Part shown: positions 47,217 through 56,262 of the stretch, piece after piece | Position numbering within the stretch: position 1 is the stretch's first letter | Layout of the letters: every line of letters begins with the position of its first letter | DNA from: Candidatus Krumholzibacteriia bacterium | Lineage (GTDB): Bacteria; Krumholzibacteriota; Krumholzibacteriia; JAJRXK01 | Direction of reading: 5' to 3' | DNA length: 64,000 bases | NCBI GenBank assembly: GCA_041484665.1 | Contig: JBGPIA010000009.1 | Location: 1 to 64,000, forward strand | Notes under the pieces: generated by a model | Seen by the model: the letters and a program-made list of their open reading frames with translations, nothing else | What the model was told of the DNA's origin: nothing | Databases searched by the model: none | Program-made: the position numbers and the translations under genes

Positions 47217-48434
47217 CGCAAGGCAACCCTACAGAGATCGCTGCGCGCCGTCCAATACGGCGCGCGAGCGCCGCTGGGCACAGCGCTGACGACGCTGCTG
47301 CTCGCGATCTGCGTTGGCGGAGGCCAGGCGTGCGTGCACAGGGGCGCACCGGGCGGCGCCGTCGCCACGCATGCGGCGCGGCGCGACGCGCACAGCGGCG
47401 CGGCAGCGGGCTCGCGGCCCGCACCGGGCGGCGCAGCGCCGGCTGCGCCCGCCGCTCCCGCCGCCGCGGTCGCGCCGGCCGGGTCCGCTCCACCGGCCGC
47501 GGCGATCATCAGCGTGGCTGCCACCGCAGCCGCTGCCGGCGACTCGTTGGACTTCGCCGGGTCGGGCCCGGGGTTCACCATCCTGGAGCGCGCCATGATC
47601 GACGATGTCGACGAGGCGCTGGTGTCCTACCCCAGCGGAGCGTTGACCGTGCGCGGACGGCTGTTCGTGAATCCTTTCAGCCGCAACGACGTGGAGCCCT
47701 GCGTCCTGTTCAACCACGGCGGCGTCAGCGGCGTCAGTGACGTGGTCCGCCAGAAGTGCCGCTGGCTCGCCAAGCAAGGTTACATCGTCTTCGCGCCCAG
47801 CTATCGCGGCGAGGATGGCAGCGACGGCCACGTGGAGGTCGCGGCCGGCGAGGTCGACGACGTGATCGCCGCGCTGCAGATCCTGAGACACCACCCAGGC
47901 GTGGTGCCGGGGAAGTTCGCGCTGGTTGGCGCGAGCCACGGCGCATTGGTGTCGGTCAAGGCGCTGGTGCGCCCGGAGTGCAGAGCGCTCGTGCGGGGCG
48001 TGGTGGCCGCGTACGGCGTGATGGACATCGACGGGTGGTACCGCTATCTGGTCGACAACGGCTTCGACGTCCATGATTCTCTCAGCGTGCGCGTCTACGG
48101 CGAGGGCCCCAAGGACAAGCCGGAGGCCTTCGCCGCTCGCAACGCGCTGGCACTGATCGGGCAGCTCCCCGACGCCCCGATCCTCCTCGTGCAGGGCGCC
48201 CAGGACCGCACGGTGCCTCAGCAGCAGGCGATCACCATGTTCCAGGCACTGCGCGCCGCAGGCCGGCAGCAGGACCGCTGCCGCGTCTACGATCACGGCG
48301 GGCACGGCTTCCTGTTCTGGGACGACCCCAAGCTCCACTCGCACGAGGAGCTGCGCGACGCCCAATTCGCCTGGGATGACATCCTCGGATTCCTGCAGCA
48401 GACGATCGGCCCTCCCCCCGATTACGGGCCCTAA
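47211..48434 (+). CDS. Exported alpha/beta hydrolase (S9 peptidase/dienelactone hydrolase-like), possibly a lipoprotein
   Basis: NHGG, PSYRG, nucleophile GASHG, QGAQDRTVP, GGHGF; Ala/Pro linker after a hydrophobic segment ending GQAC. Start uncertain (47200-47290). Confidence 0.75.
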   Translation: MHRKATLQRSLRAVQYGARAPLGTALTTLLLAICVGGGQACVHRGAPGGAVATHAARRDAHSGAAAGSRPAPGGAAPAAPAAPAAAVAPAGSAPPAAAIISVAATAAAAGDSLDFAGSGPGFTILERAMIDDVDEALVSYPSGALTVRGRLFVNPFSRNDVEPCVLFNHGGVSGVSDVVRQKCRWLAKQGYIVFAPSYRGEDGSDGHVEVAAGEVDDVIAALQILRHHPGVVPGKFALVGASHGALVSVKALVRPECRALVRGVVAAYGVMDIDGWYRYLVDNGFDVHDSLSVRVYGEGPKDKPEAFAARNALALIGQLPDAPILLVQGAQDRTVPQQQAITMFQALRAAGRQQDRCRVYDHGGHGFLFWDDPKLHSHEELRDAQFAWDDILGFLQQTIGPPPDYGP

Positions 48435-48451
48435 GCGAAGCCGCGCTCACC

Positions 48452-49495
48452 GTGGCCGGCGCCGACGATCCAACACCGGTGCGCCGCTTCGCGGCCGACC
48501 CGCCGCTGGCGCTGCGCGCGCAGTCCGGCCTGGAGCCGATGGCCGACGCGGTGCTCTCGCTGTGGCCACGGCTTGCGCCGCAGGTGGCCGCCGGCGTGGG
48601 TCTGGCGCAGCCGCGCGTGCTGGAGGTCGTGCTGCTGCACGGCGACACCTTCCGCGCATGGGCGAGCGGCCTGGTTCCCGAGTGGGGGATCGGCTTCGCC
48701 AACTGGCCCGACGGCCCCATCGTGCTGGACGCCGCCGGCGCGACCCGGGGGCCGAAGGACCTCGCGGCGATCCTGCGCCACGAGCTCTCCCACGTGTACG
48801 TGGGCCAGCGCGTGGGCGGGGCGCCATTGCCGCGCTGGCTGGTGGAAGGGATCGCGCAGGAGCAAGCCGGCGAAGAGCGCTTCACCGACGCCGTCGCCCT
48901 GGCGCGCGCCGCCGCCCTCGGTCGGCTTCCGCAGCTCGCGGAGCTCGCCGACGGCTTCCCTGCGGGCGGCGGCGCGGCGGAGCTGGCGTACGCCGTGAGC
49001 CTGCGCGCGGTGGAGGAGCTCGACCGCCGCCTGGCGGGCCGAGGTGGTTGGCGCGCGTTGCTCGCCGCCGTCCCGGCCGCGGGGGCCTTCGAGCCGGCCT
49101 TCACGCTCACGACCGGGATGGATGTGGCGAGCTTCGAGCTGCAGCTCGGCGAGCGCCTGCGCGGCCGCTACGGATGGATCGCCCTGATCGGCAGCCTCAG
49201 CAGCGTGTTCACCCTGATGACCGTGCTGTTCCTGGCGGCGACCGCCCGCGCCTACCTGCTGCGGCGGCGCCGGTTGGAGCAGATGGAGCGGGCGGAGCAA
49301 ACAGAGCAGATGGGGCGCGCGGAGCAGACAGAGCAAACGCAGCAGACGGTCGAGACACAGCCGACCGGGCCGACGCAAGCAACACAGCCAACGGAACAGA
49401 TTGAGCCGGCGGAGCCGCCCGAGCAGGACGACCCGCTGGCGCAGCGGCCGTCGTTGGACGAGCGCTCAGGTCGCGGTGGGCCCGCGGGCCCCTAG
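48452..49495 (+). CDS. Peptidase MA-like zinc-motif protein with C-terminal TM helix and Q/E/T-rich tail
   Basis: ILRHELSH and LPRWLVEGIA motifs; LAY..S; TM segment near the C-terminus. Start uncertain. Confidence 0.78.
   Translation: MAGADDPTPVRRFAADPPLALRAQSGLEPMADAVLSLWPRLAPQVAAGVGLAQPRVLEVVLLHGDTFRAWASGLVPEWGIGFANWPDGPIVLDAAGATRGPKDLAAILRHELSHVYVGQRVGGAPLPRWLVEGIAQEQAGEERFTDAVALARAAALGRLPQLAELADGFPAGGGAAELAYAVSLRAVEELDRRLAGRGGWRALLAAVPAAGAFEPAFTLTTGMDVASFELQLGERLRGRYGWIALIGSLSSVFTLMTVLFLAATARAYLLRRRRLEQMERAEQTEQMGRAEQTEQTQQTVETQPTGPTQATQPTEQIEPAEPPEQDDPLAQRPSLDERSGRGGPAGP
49277..49426 (+). repeat. Degenerate 9-bp tandem repeat encoding tripeptides (EQT/QPT-like)
   Basis: EQM ERA EQT EQM GRA EQT EQT QQT VET QPT GPT QAT QPT EQI EPA EPP. 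Confidence 0.7.
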
Positions 49496-50343
49496 CGCGC
49501 TCGCCCCAGCATCACCGCCAGATCGCCGGGGTAGCACTCCGCTCCGCCGGGCGTCTCCAGATAGAAGGGGAGCGCGCGGAAGCGCCGATCGCGCGCCAGG
49601 CGCCGGAACGCCACCGGCCCGATGTGACCGCGTCCGAGCGTCTCGTGGCGGTCGACGCGCGTGCCGAGGCCCACCCGGCTGTCGTTGACGTGGAAGGCCC
49701 ACAGGCGCGCGAGCCCCACCGTGGCATCGAGCTCGGCGAACGCGCGCTCGTAGCCCGCGCGCGTGCGCAGGTCGTGCCCGGCGGCGAACGCGTGCGCGGT
49801 GTCCAGGCACACGCCCAGGCGCGGGTGGTCTCCGCATGCGGCTATGATGTCGCGGAGGTGGGCGAACCGCCAGCCGAGCTGCGTGCCCTGCCCGGCGGTG
49901 CTCTCCAACAGCAGCGACGGGCCGCCGGGCGCGTCGTTCTCCTTGAGCAGGACGCGCAGCGCCCGCGCGATGCGCGCGATGCCCGACGCCTCGCCCGCGC
50001 CCATGTGGGCGCCTGGGTGGAAGATGAGCTGATCGACGCCCAGTGCGCGGCAGCGTTGCAGTTCGGCACGGAACGCCTGCAGGCTGCGGCGCCACAGCTG
50101 CTCGTCGGGGCTGGCGAGGTTGGGCAGGTAGCTGCCGTGGCTGGCGACGCGCAGGATGCCGTGCGCCGCGCGCTCGCGGCGGAAGTCCACGGCCTCCTGC
50201 GCGGTGACAGCACGGTTCTCCCAGCGGTTCTGATTGCGGGTAAAGATCTGGATGGCCAGAAGCCCCGCGGCCGCGCCACGGCCGGGCGCCTGCTGCGCGC
50301 CGCCCTCGACGGAGATGTGGCCTCCCCAGAGCCGGCGCATCAC
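49492..50343 (-). CDS. nfo: Endonuclease IV (AP endonuclease)
   Basis: GGHIS, QIFTRN, HGSYLPNL, FHPG, LESTAGQG, CLDTAHAFAAG, HVNDS, DRH and LETP motifs. Confidence 0.95.
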   Translation of the reverse strand: MMRRLWGGHISVEGGAQQAPGRGAAAGLLAIQIFTRNQNRWENRAVTAQEAVDFRRERAAHGILRVASHGSYLPNLASPDEQLWRRSLQAFRAELQRCRALGVDQLIFHPGAHMGAGEASGIARIARALRVLLKENDAPGGPSLLLESTAGQGTQLGWRFAHLRDIIAACGDHPRLGVCLDTAHAFAAGHDLRTRAGYERAFAELDATVGLARLWAFHVNDSRVGLGTRVDRHETLGRGHIGPVAFRRLARDRRFRALPFYLETPGGAECYPGDLAVMLGRAR

Positions 50344-50993
50344 GCGACTCCCTGGACGAGGCCATCGCTGGGACGCGGTCTGCGTGCGGGTCGCCGCTGC
50401 ATGGTGGGCATCTGCCGCACGCCTGCCTGCGTGAAAACGGGGATCGGCAGGCGCTTCTGTCCGAAGGAGCGGCGCAGCGTCTGGCTGGTGCCGGAGTAGA
50501 ACTGCAGCTCGTCCTGGTCGAGCTCGAAGATGCTAGCCCACAGGGCGATGCACTGGTCGATGAAGCGGGTCAGGATGGGCGCCGGGTTGTCGATGAGCGG
50601 GCAGAGGCCCGTGAATTCGTAGTTGTAGACCATTCCCGCCAGGCGAGACCGGTGGTCCACGTAGGGTTCGAAGGGAAACGTACGGCAGGCGATCGAGCGG
50701 TGCTCGCGCTCGCAGAACGCCGCGCCGCGGCAGACGGCCAACACGTCGCACGCCGAGACCTCGCGGGCCATCGCCCGCTCACGCGCGTCGGTCGGCACGT
50801 AGCGGCGCCACAGACGCGTGCGCTTGCGCAGCCACTCCAGCTCGGCCCGGTAGAGCACCGGTACGACCGTCTGGGCGTGGCAGCAGACCGGCACGCCTCC
50901 ATTGCGCGGTGCGCACAGCACCCCGCAGTCGAAGGCCGTCACCGGCGACGTCAGCAGGGCGTAGAGCTGCGGGATGGCCTGCGGGTCGATCAT
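50340..50993 (-). CDS. Cysteine-cluster protein (YkgJ-like, putative Fe-S or Zn binding)
   Basis: DCG.LC.......CC, C.G...C....RSIACRTFPF and CPL; GTGA overlap with nfo. Confidence 0.65.
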   Translation of the reverse strand: MIDPQAIPQLYALLTSPVTAFDCGVLCAPRNGGVPVCCHAQTVVPVLYRAELEWLRKRTRLWRRYVPTDARERAMAREVSACDVLAVCRGAAFCEREHRSIACRTFPFEPYVDHRSRLAGMVYNYEFTGLCPLIDNPAPILTRFIDQCIALWASIFELDQDELQFYSGTSQTLRRSFGQKRLPIPVFTQAGVRQMPTMQRRPARRPRPSDGLVQGVA

Positions 50994-51159
50994 GACGGAA
51001 GAGTGTAGCGCCGCAGCCCGCGGCGCGCGCGATCGGCGCCTGGACGCGAGAGGGCGGCCGCGGCCGCCCCCTCGCTCGGTCTCGACTCATCCCGGGCCGC
51101 GACGGCGCGGCGCGCCGGCCACCTTTGGCCCGCGCCCGCGCGCCGTGGGCGGCGCAGGG

Positions 51160-51678
51160 CTAGTAGAGGGCCTTGACCGCGCCCCAGCTCGAGGTGTCCG
51201 TGGGGACCTGCAGCGGTACGTAGCCGGCGAAGTCGAGCAGGGTGACGCACCCCTGTGGCCAGCAGGTGTTCTGGATCGTGATCTGGATGCTCTGCAGTCC
51301 GGCGCGAGCGATGAACTCCAGCGCGAACGCGTCCGGGTGGCCGGGCACGCTGGAGATGCCCAGCAGCGTGGCCTGGGCGCTGCTGAAGGTCACCGGCCCA
51401 GCGGGACAGAACGCCGGATAGCCGACGACCTGGCAGACCATGGCCACCGCGATGTCGAACTGCGTGATGTCGCCCACGAACGCATTGATGACCATCGTGC
51501 CGCCGCCATCCACGCACGGCTCCTGGAAACCGTTCATGTTGGCCATGTTTGGAAACTGCGGGAACAGGGTCTGGGTCTCGCCCAGGGTGAGAGGGGCCGA
51601 AGCCCACGCCACCGTGGCGAGGCCTGTGCAGCAGAACAGGGCAGCGACCGTGCAGAGAGTCTTGAAGCAACGGGACAT
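51160..51678 (-). CDS. Small secreted protein with C-terminal SSWGAVKALY motif, 172 aa
   Basis: ATG 51678 after GAGGT; signal peptide AWA-S; ends QVPTDTSSWGAVKALY. Confidence 0.8.
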   Translation of the reverse strand: MSRCFKTLCTVAALFCCTGLATVAWASAPLTLGETQTLFPQFPNMANMNGFQEPCVDGGGTMVINAFVGDITQFDIAVAMVCQVVGYPAFCPAGPVTFSSAQATLLGISSVPGHPDAFALEFIARAGLQSIQITIQNTCWPQGCVTLLDFAGYVPLQVPTDTSSWGAVKALY

Positions 51679-51819
51679 GCGAACCACCTCGTTGATCGAT
51701 TGGAGGTTGGGGCGTGGGGGAGGAGCCTGCACGTGCCCGAGGGCGTCGCCGGCACGTGCCCCCGCGCTGGCTGTTGCGCTCCCCACGCCCAGCGCGCGCG
51801 TGGAGGGAACCCGGTGCGC

Positions 51820-51848
51820 AGTCTACCGGCCCGCAGGCGGGGTGTCAA
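51820..51848 (-). promoter_or_regulatory. Near-consensus sigma70 promoter for the WGAVK-tail gene
   Basis: Minus strand: TTGACA (51848-51843) -17 bp- TAGACT (51825-51820). Confidence 0.7.
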
Positions 51849-51979
51849 ATCCTACCGCAATCGGAAGTCCTGTCACAATTCCAGACGGGGATTTGCCGGA
51901 CGGTCGTGCCCCGGGGCGGGTGCCGCCGCAGCCACCCCGCGCCCACCCACTGCGCCGGCCCGCGTTGCCGCCGCTGCCC

Positions 51980-52399
51980 CTAGAGCTTCCAGAGATTCAG
52001 ACCCACCCGCGGATCGAAGGCGCGCTCCACGGCCGCCGCCCCGGGCAGGATCGCGAGCTCGGCCACCACCGCGACGGTGCCGTGGAACAGATGCCCGCCG
52101 ACGGTGGCGAAGTCCGCGGTGCCCAGGATGACGTGCGCGTGGAGGAACGGCTTGCCGTCCAGCAGCGTGAGATTGGCCTGCAGGGAGAGCAGCTCGTGGA
52201 TGCCGGGGAAGACGCGCCGGAGGTAGCGGCGCTCGTCGAGGACGTAGTAGCCCAGCTCCACGTCCTCGAGCGCCCCGATCCCCAGGACCAGCCCGCTGTG
52301 CAAGCCCTCCGCGGTGGCGACCGAGAGCACGGCGGAGACGAGCTCCTCGCCGCGGTCCAGGCGCAACAACAAGCGGTTGGCGGAGGTCTGCAGGCGCAC
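51980..52399 (-). CDS. PPC/DUF296 domain protein
   Basis: LRLDRGEEL, GIGAL, ELLSLQAN, LHAHVILG and GGHL motifs. Confidence 0.9.
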   Translation of the reverse strand: MRLQTSANRLLLRLDRGEELVSAVLSVATAEGLHSGLVLGIGALEDVELGYYVLDERRYLRRVFPGIHELLSLQANLTLLDGKPFLHAHVILGTADFATVGGHLFHGTVAVVAELAILPGAAAVERAFDPRVGLNLWKL

Positions 52400-52405
52400 G
52401 GTGCG

Positions 52406-52434
52406 AGCATGGCCGCTCCCGCAGGGAGGGTCAA
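52406..52434 (-). promoter_or_regulatory. Promoter giving a probably leaderless DUF296 transcript
   Basis: TTGACC -17 bp- CATGCT, then 6 nt, then the GTG start. Confidence 0.5.
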
Positions 52435-52623
52435 GACACGGCGCGCCGTGCGCGGGCCGCCGTGCTCCATGCGCCTGCCGCTGCGCCCAGCGCGCCTGCG
52501 CCGGGACTTGGCGAACCCGGCGCGATCTGCGACCCTAGCCGCGCGGGGCGTACGTCTTGCGCACGCCGCAGCCCGGCCCGCCCGGCCCACCCGGCCCGTA
52601 CGACCGCCACAGGAGTGCCCGTC

Positions 52624-53637
52624 TTGACCCAGGCCAGCGTGACCGACCATCGCGCCTTCTACGCCGGCCGCCGCGTGCTGGTGACCGGCGGGCTCGGCTT
52701 CCTGGGCAGCGCGCTCGTGCTGGAGCTGGCCGCCCTGCGCGCGCAGGTCACGATCGTCGACAGCCTCATCCCGCTGTTCGGCGGCAACCGCCACAACATC
52801 GAGCCGGTGAAGGACAAGGTCAGCCTCGACATCAGCGACATCCGGGACGCCGACGCCATGAACCAACTCGTCCAGGGCCAGGACGTCCTCTTCCACATCG
52901 GGATGCAGACCAGCCATGTCGACTCGATGACCGATCCGCTGTGGGACATCGATATCAACTGCCGCGGCAACATGATCGTCTACGAGGCGCTGCGCCGACA
53001 CAACCCCGGCTGCTACGTCGTCTACGCCGGCACGCGCGGCCAGTATGGCGTGCTCGAGCGCATTCCCGTCGACGAGACGCACCCGATGCATCCCACCGAC
53101 ATCTACGGGGTCAACAAGGTCGCTGCCGAACTCTACGGCTTCGTCTACCGCCGGGTGTACGGCCTGCGGTTCTGCAGCCTGCGCGTGAACAACTCCTACG
53201 GCCCGCGCCATCAGATGCGCCACGGCAAGTACGGCATCCTCAACTGGTTCATCCGCACGGCCATGGACGGTGGGACGATCCAGCTGTTCGGCGACGGCAG
53301 CCAGCAGCGCGACTACAACTACGTCGATGACGTTACCGACGCCTTCCTGCGTGCGGGCGCGCTCGCGCAGGTCTGCGACGGGGAGGCGTTCAACCTGGGC
53401 AGCGGCCGGCCGCGCAGCCTGCGCGAGGCCACCGAGCTGGTGATCCGCTACGCGGGCAGCGGGCGCTACGAGCTCGCTCCCTGGCCCACCGAGCGCAAAG
53501 CCATCGAGACGGGCGACTACGTGGCAGACTTCTCCCGGTTCACCCGCGCCACGGGCTGGACGCCGCGCGTTGAGATGGAAGAGGGGCTGCAGCGCACCGT
53601 GGCGTTCTACAAGGAGCACCGGCGGCACTACTGGTAG
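52624..53637 (+). CDS. NAD-dependent nucleotide-sugar epimerase/dehydratase (extended SDR)
   Basis: VTGGLGFLGS, YGVNK (YxxxK), NSYGP and GDGSQQRDYNYVDD motifs; TTG start after AGGAG. Confidence 0.9.
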   Translation: MTQASVTDHRAFYAGRRVLVTGGLGFLGSALVLELAALRAQVTIVDSLIPLFGGNRHNIEPVKDKVSLDISDIRDADAMNQLVQGQDVLFHIGMQTSHVDSMTDPLWDIDINCRGNMIVYEALRRHNPGCYVVYAGTRGQYGVLERIPVDETHPMHPTDIYGVNKVAAELYGFVYRRVYGLRFCSLRVNNSYGPRHQMRHGKYGILNWFIRTAMDGGTIQLFGDGSQQRDYNYVDDVTDAFLRAGALAQVCDGEAFNLGSGRPRSLREATELVIRYAGSGRYELAPWPTERKAIETGDYVADFSRFTRATGWTPRVEMEEGLQRTVAFYKEHRRHYW

Positions 53638-53689
53638 GCCTCGCGGCGGGCCGCGCCGCACCGCACCGCCGCGCACGAGCGGGAGGACC

Positions 53690-54340
53690 ATGCGCTTCAT
53701 TCTGGTCGTCGACCGCCGGCATCTCTTCCCGGGCCTCTCGCCCCAGGGGTTGCTGCCGCCCGGGGCCGTGGACGTGGAGGCGGTCGAGCGCCTGGCCTTC
53801 TTCGCCGAGCGCGACTACATGGAGCGCTGCAGCCACTTCAAGCAGCTCATCCCCTACATGGTGCTGATCCACCACGACCAGGTGCTGTGCTATCAGCGCC
53901 ACGCGGCGCACACCGAGTCGCGTCTGGGCGGGCTGTGGACCATCGGCTTCGGCGGCCACATCGAGCCGATCGACCGCGGCGCTCCCGACGTCGCGCAGGC
54001 CGGACTGCTCCAGACCGCCGCCCTGCGCGAGCTCGCCGAGGAGACGGGCTTCTCCGTGCTGCCCAAGGACCTGTGCGTGGCCGGCTTTCTCAACAGCGAG
54101 CGTGAGGAGGTCAGCAGCGTGCACTTCGGAGTGCTGTTCTTGGTCGACCTCTCGCGCGTGAGCCTCACGCGCGAGCAGATCGCTGCTTCGGTCCTGGCGC
54201 AGGCGGAGCCCTTCCATGTGGCATGGCGCGCGCGCACCGAGTTGGCGCGCGCCGACCTAGCGGAGCCAGCCGCCCCCGAGGGCGGCCGCTGGGAGGACTG
54301 GACGAGACTCGCCTTGCCCGCCCTCGCGCGCTCCGCCTAG
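53690..54340 (+). CDS. NUDIX-fold phosphoesterase (COG4112-like)
   Basis: FKQLIPY, ESRL, IGFGGHI, ALRELAEETG and VHFG motifs; GGAGG RBS. Confidence 0.85.
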   Translation: MRFILVVDRRHLFPGLSPQGLLPPGAVDVEAVERLAFFAERDYMERCSHFKQLIPYMVLIHHDQVLCYQRHAAHTESRLGGLWTIGFGGHIEPIDRGAPDVAQAGLLQTAALRELAEETGFSVLPKDLCVAGFLNSEREEVSSVHFGVLFLVDLSRVSLTREQIAASVLAQAEPFHVAWRARTELARADLAEPAAPEGGRWEDWTRLALPALARSA

Positions 54341-54682
54341 CGCGCCACGGCCGCCCAGGCGGACGCATCCATTGCAAGCTGCATGGGCGCGAGCCCGCGC
54401 GCGCGGCGTCCCCAGAGGACGGCAGCGGCAATCTCTGCCGCGTCTGCCGCGCGCCGGGCGCGTCCGGCGGTGCCCCGCCGCTGGCGCCGCCGCCGCGGTG
54501 TGCGCAGGCCGTCTGCGGTGCGACCGGGCGCGCTGCGCCGCAACCAGGGACCGATCCTTGCTTCCCCGTGCGCCATCGAGCCCCCGCAGTCCGGCCCGGC
54601 AGGCCTGAGGAGCCCGGCCAAGCTGGCCAAGCGTCGACGAGCCGCCGCGACGGGCGGGGCCATGTGAATTCCAACCCCGGAG

Positions 54683-56239
54683 ATGGTCCAGATGTTCATG
54701 AACTCGTATCGAAGCGCGCGCCGCGCGCTCGCGCTGCTGGCGCTCGCCGCGGCTGCAGCACTGCCAGGCTGCAGCGGTGACACCAGCCCGGCCAACACCG
54801 ATGGAACTGGCGCCGGGGTCGATCAGACGACGGCCCAACAGGCCTCGACCACGGCCCTGGAGATGGTGAATCAAGTGGTAGGGGAGAGCGGCAACTGGGC
54901 GCAGGGCACTTTCAGCACCCCAGCCATGCGGCTCCCCTTGGGCAAGCAGGCGCCCGCGCAGACGCAGTCGGAAGCCGTTTGGGATCCGCAGCAGAACGCC
55001 TGGCTGTGGCAGGCACAAGTGAGCTATACCGACGCCACCGACAGCGTCAACGTCGCCGCGAGCTACTGGGTGCAATTCAGAGACGGCACGACTCCCCAGC
55101 AGTACCCCGATCCCAACACTGCATTCATGGAGACCCACGTGAGGTGGGACTGGAACGGGCACCTGGAGCGGGACGGCGGCGCTGCCGACCTCACCTACGT
55201 GTACACGACGGCCATGGTCGTGTCCGGCCTGCACACGCCCACGCGTCACTTCGCCGGCACCGGCAACCTCGACGGCCGGGCCGCTGGCCACGACGGCGTG
55301 GGCACGACGTATGAAGTCAACGTCGGCGCGGCCTGGAGCGTGGACCTGGGCGTTCCGGCCGGCGGCGGCTGCCCCACCGGCACGGTCTCGGTCTCGTCGG
55401 GGGCATGGACCCTCGCGGCGACCTACGACGGCAGCAGCACGGCCTCCTGGACGCTGCGCCTCGGCCACCTGGTGCGCGCCACGGGGACCCAGCCACTGGG
55501 CTGCAGCGCGCTCAATTCCACCACTGCCCAGGAGGAGGCTCTCACGGCGCTCGATGCGGTCAACCAGGTGCTCACGTCCATCCCGAGCTGGGCGCAGAGC
55601 GCTCCCGCTGTGGCGGCCAAGCGTTCCGCTGCCGGCGATGCGTGGCTGCGCCTGAGGCCGGCCGCCGAGTGCACGCCTGGCACTCCGCAGCAGTCACCCC
55701 CCGCCTTCAACAGCGGGCAGAGCGCATGGAACTGGTCGTGGACGCGCAGCTGCGCCAACGCCAACAGCTCCTTCAATCTCGGTTACCAGGTCTGGCTGCA
55801 GTACCGCGATGCGGACGGCATCGCACGGCGGACGCCGCAGGGCGCGGACACACTCGAGGTCCACGAGTCGGTGGAGCTCTCGGCGCACCACGAGCAAGAG
55901 GGGCAGATCGACCAGGCGGACTTCACCGCCGAAATGGCGCTGCAGGTCGGGGGGCTGAGCGGCGACAGCTATGCGGTGGACGGCTCCGGGGTCTTGCAGG
56001 GCCGCGCCAGCAGCTCTGGAGGCGAGGTCGTGTTCGACGCGGGTTACGCGATGACGTGGACCATCAATGTCGCCGTGTCCCAGAACGCCCCGTGTCCGCA
56101 GGGCAACGTCGTCATCAACGTGGATGACTACCGGCTGGAGGCGGTCTACGACGGCGCCGGCCACATGGACTGGGCGCTCACGCGGGGCGACAGCGTGGTC
56201 GCCAGCGCGAACGGCGTCACGCTGGCCTGCGGCCTGTAG
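54683..56239 (+). CDS. Lipoprotein made of two homologous beta-rich domains, function unknown
   Basis: Lipobox LPGC; halves begin TTAQQASTTALEMVNQV and TTAQEEALTALDAVNQV and end CPTGTV..ATYDG..LGC and CPQGNV..AVYDG..LAC. Confidence 0.78.
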   Translation: MVQMFMNSYRSARRALALLALAAAAALPGCSGDTSPANTDGTGAGVDQTTAQQASTTALEMVNQVVGESGNWAQGTFSTPAMRLPLGKQAPAQTQSEAVWDPQQNAWLWQAQVSYTDATDSVNVAASYWVQFRDGTTPQQYPDPNTAFMETHVRWDWNGHLERDGGAADLTYVYTTAMVVSGLHTPTRHFAGTGNLDGRAAGHDGVGTTYEVNVGAAWSVDLGVPAGGGCPTGTVSVSSGAWTLAATYDGSSTASWTLRLGHLVRATGTQPLGCSALNSTTAQEEALTALDAVNQVLTSIPSWAQSAPAVAAKRSAAGDAWLRLRPAAECTPGTPQQSPPAFNSGQSAWNWSWTRSCANANSSFNLGYQVWLQYRDADGIARRTPQGADTLEVHESVELSAHHEQEGQIDQADFTAEMALQVGGLSGDSYAVDGSGVLQGRASSSGGEVVFDAGYAMTWTINVAVSQNAPCPQGNVVINVDDYRLEAVYDGAGHMDWALTRGDSVVASANGVTLACGL

Positions 56240-56262
56240 CGCGCCGGCGGGCGCCCGGGGCG

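Noticed and set aside
51862..51878. CRP/FNR site upstream of the 51848 promoter
   Set aside because: Only one TGTGA half-site; the second half does not match.
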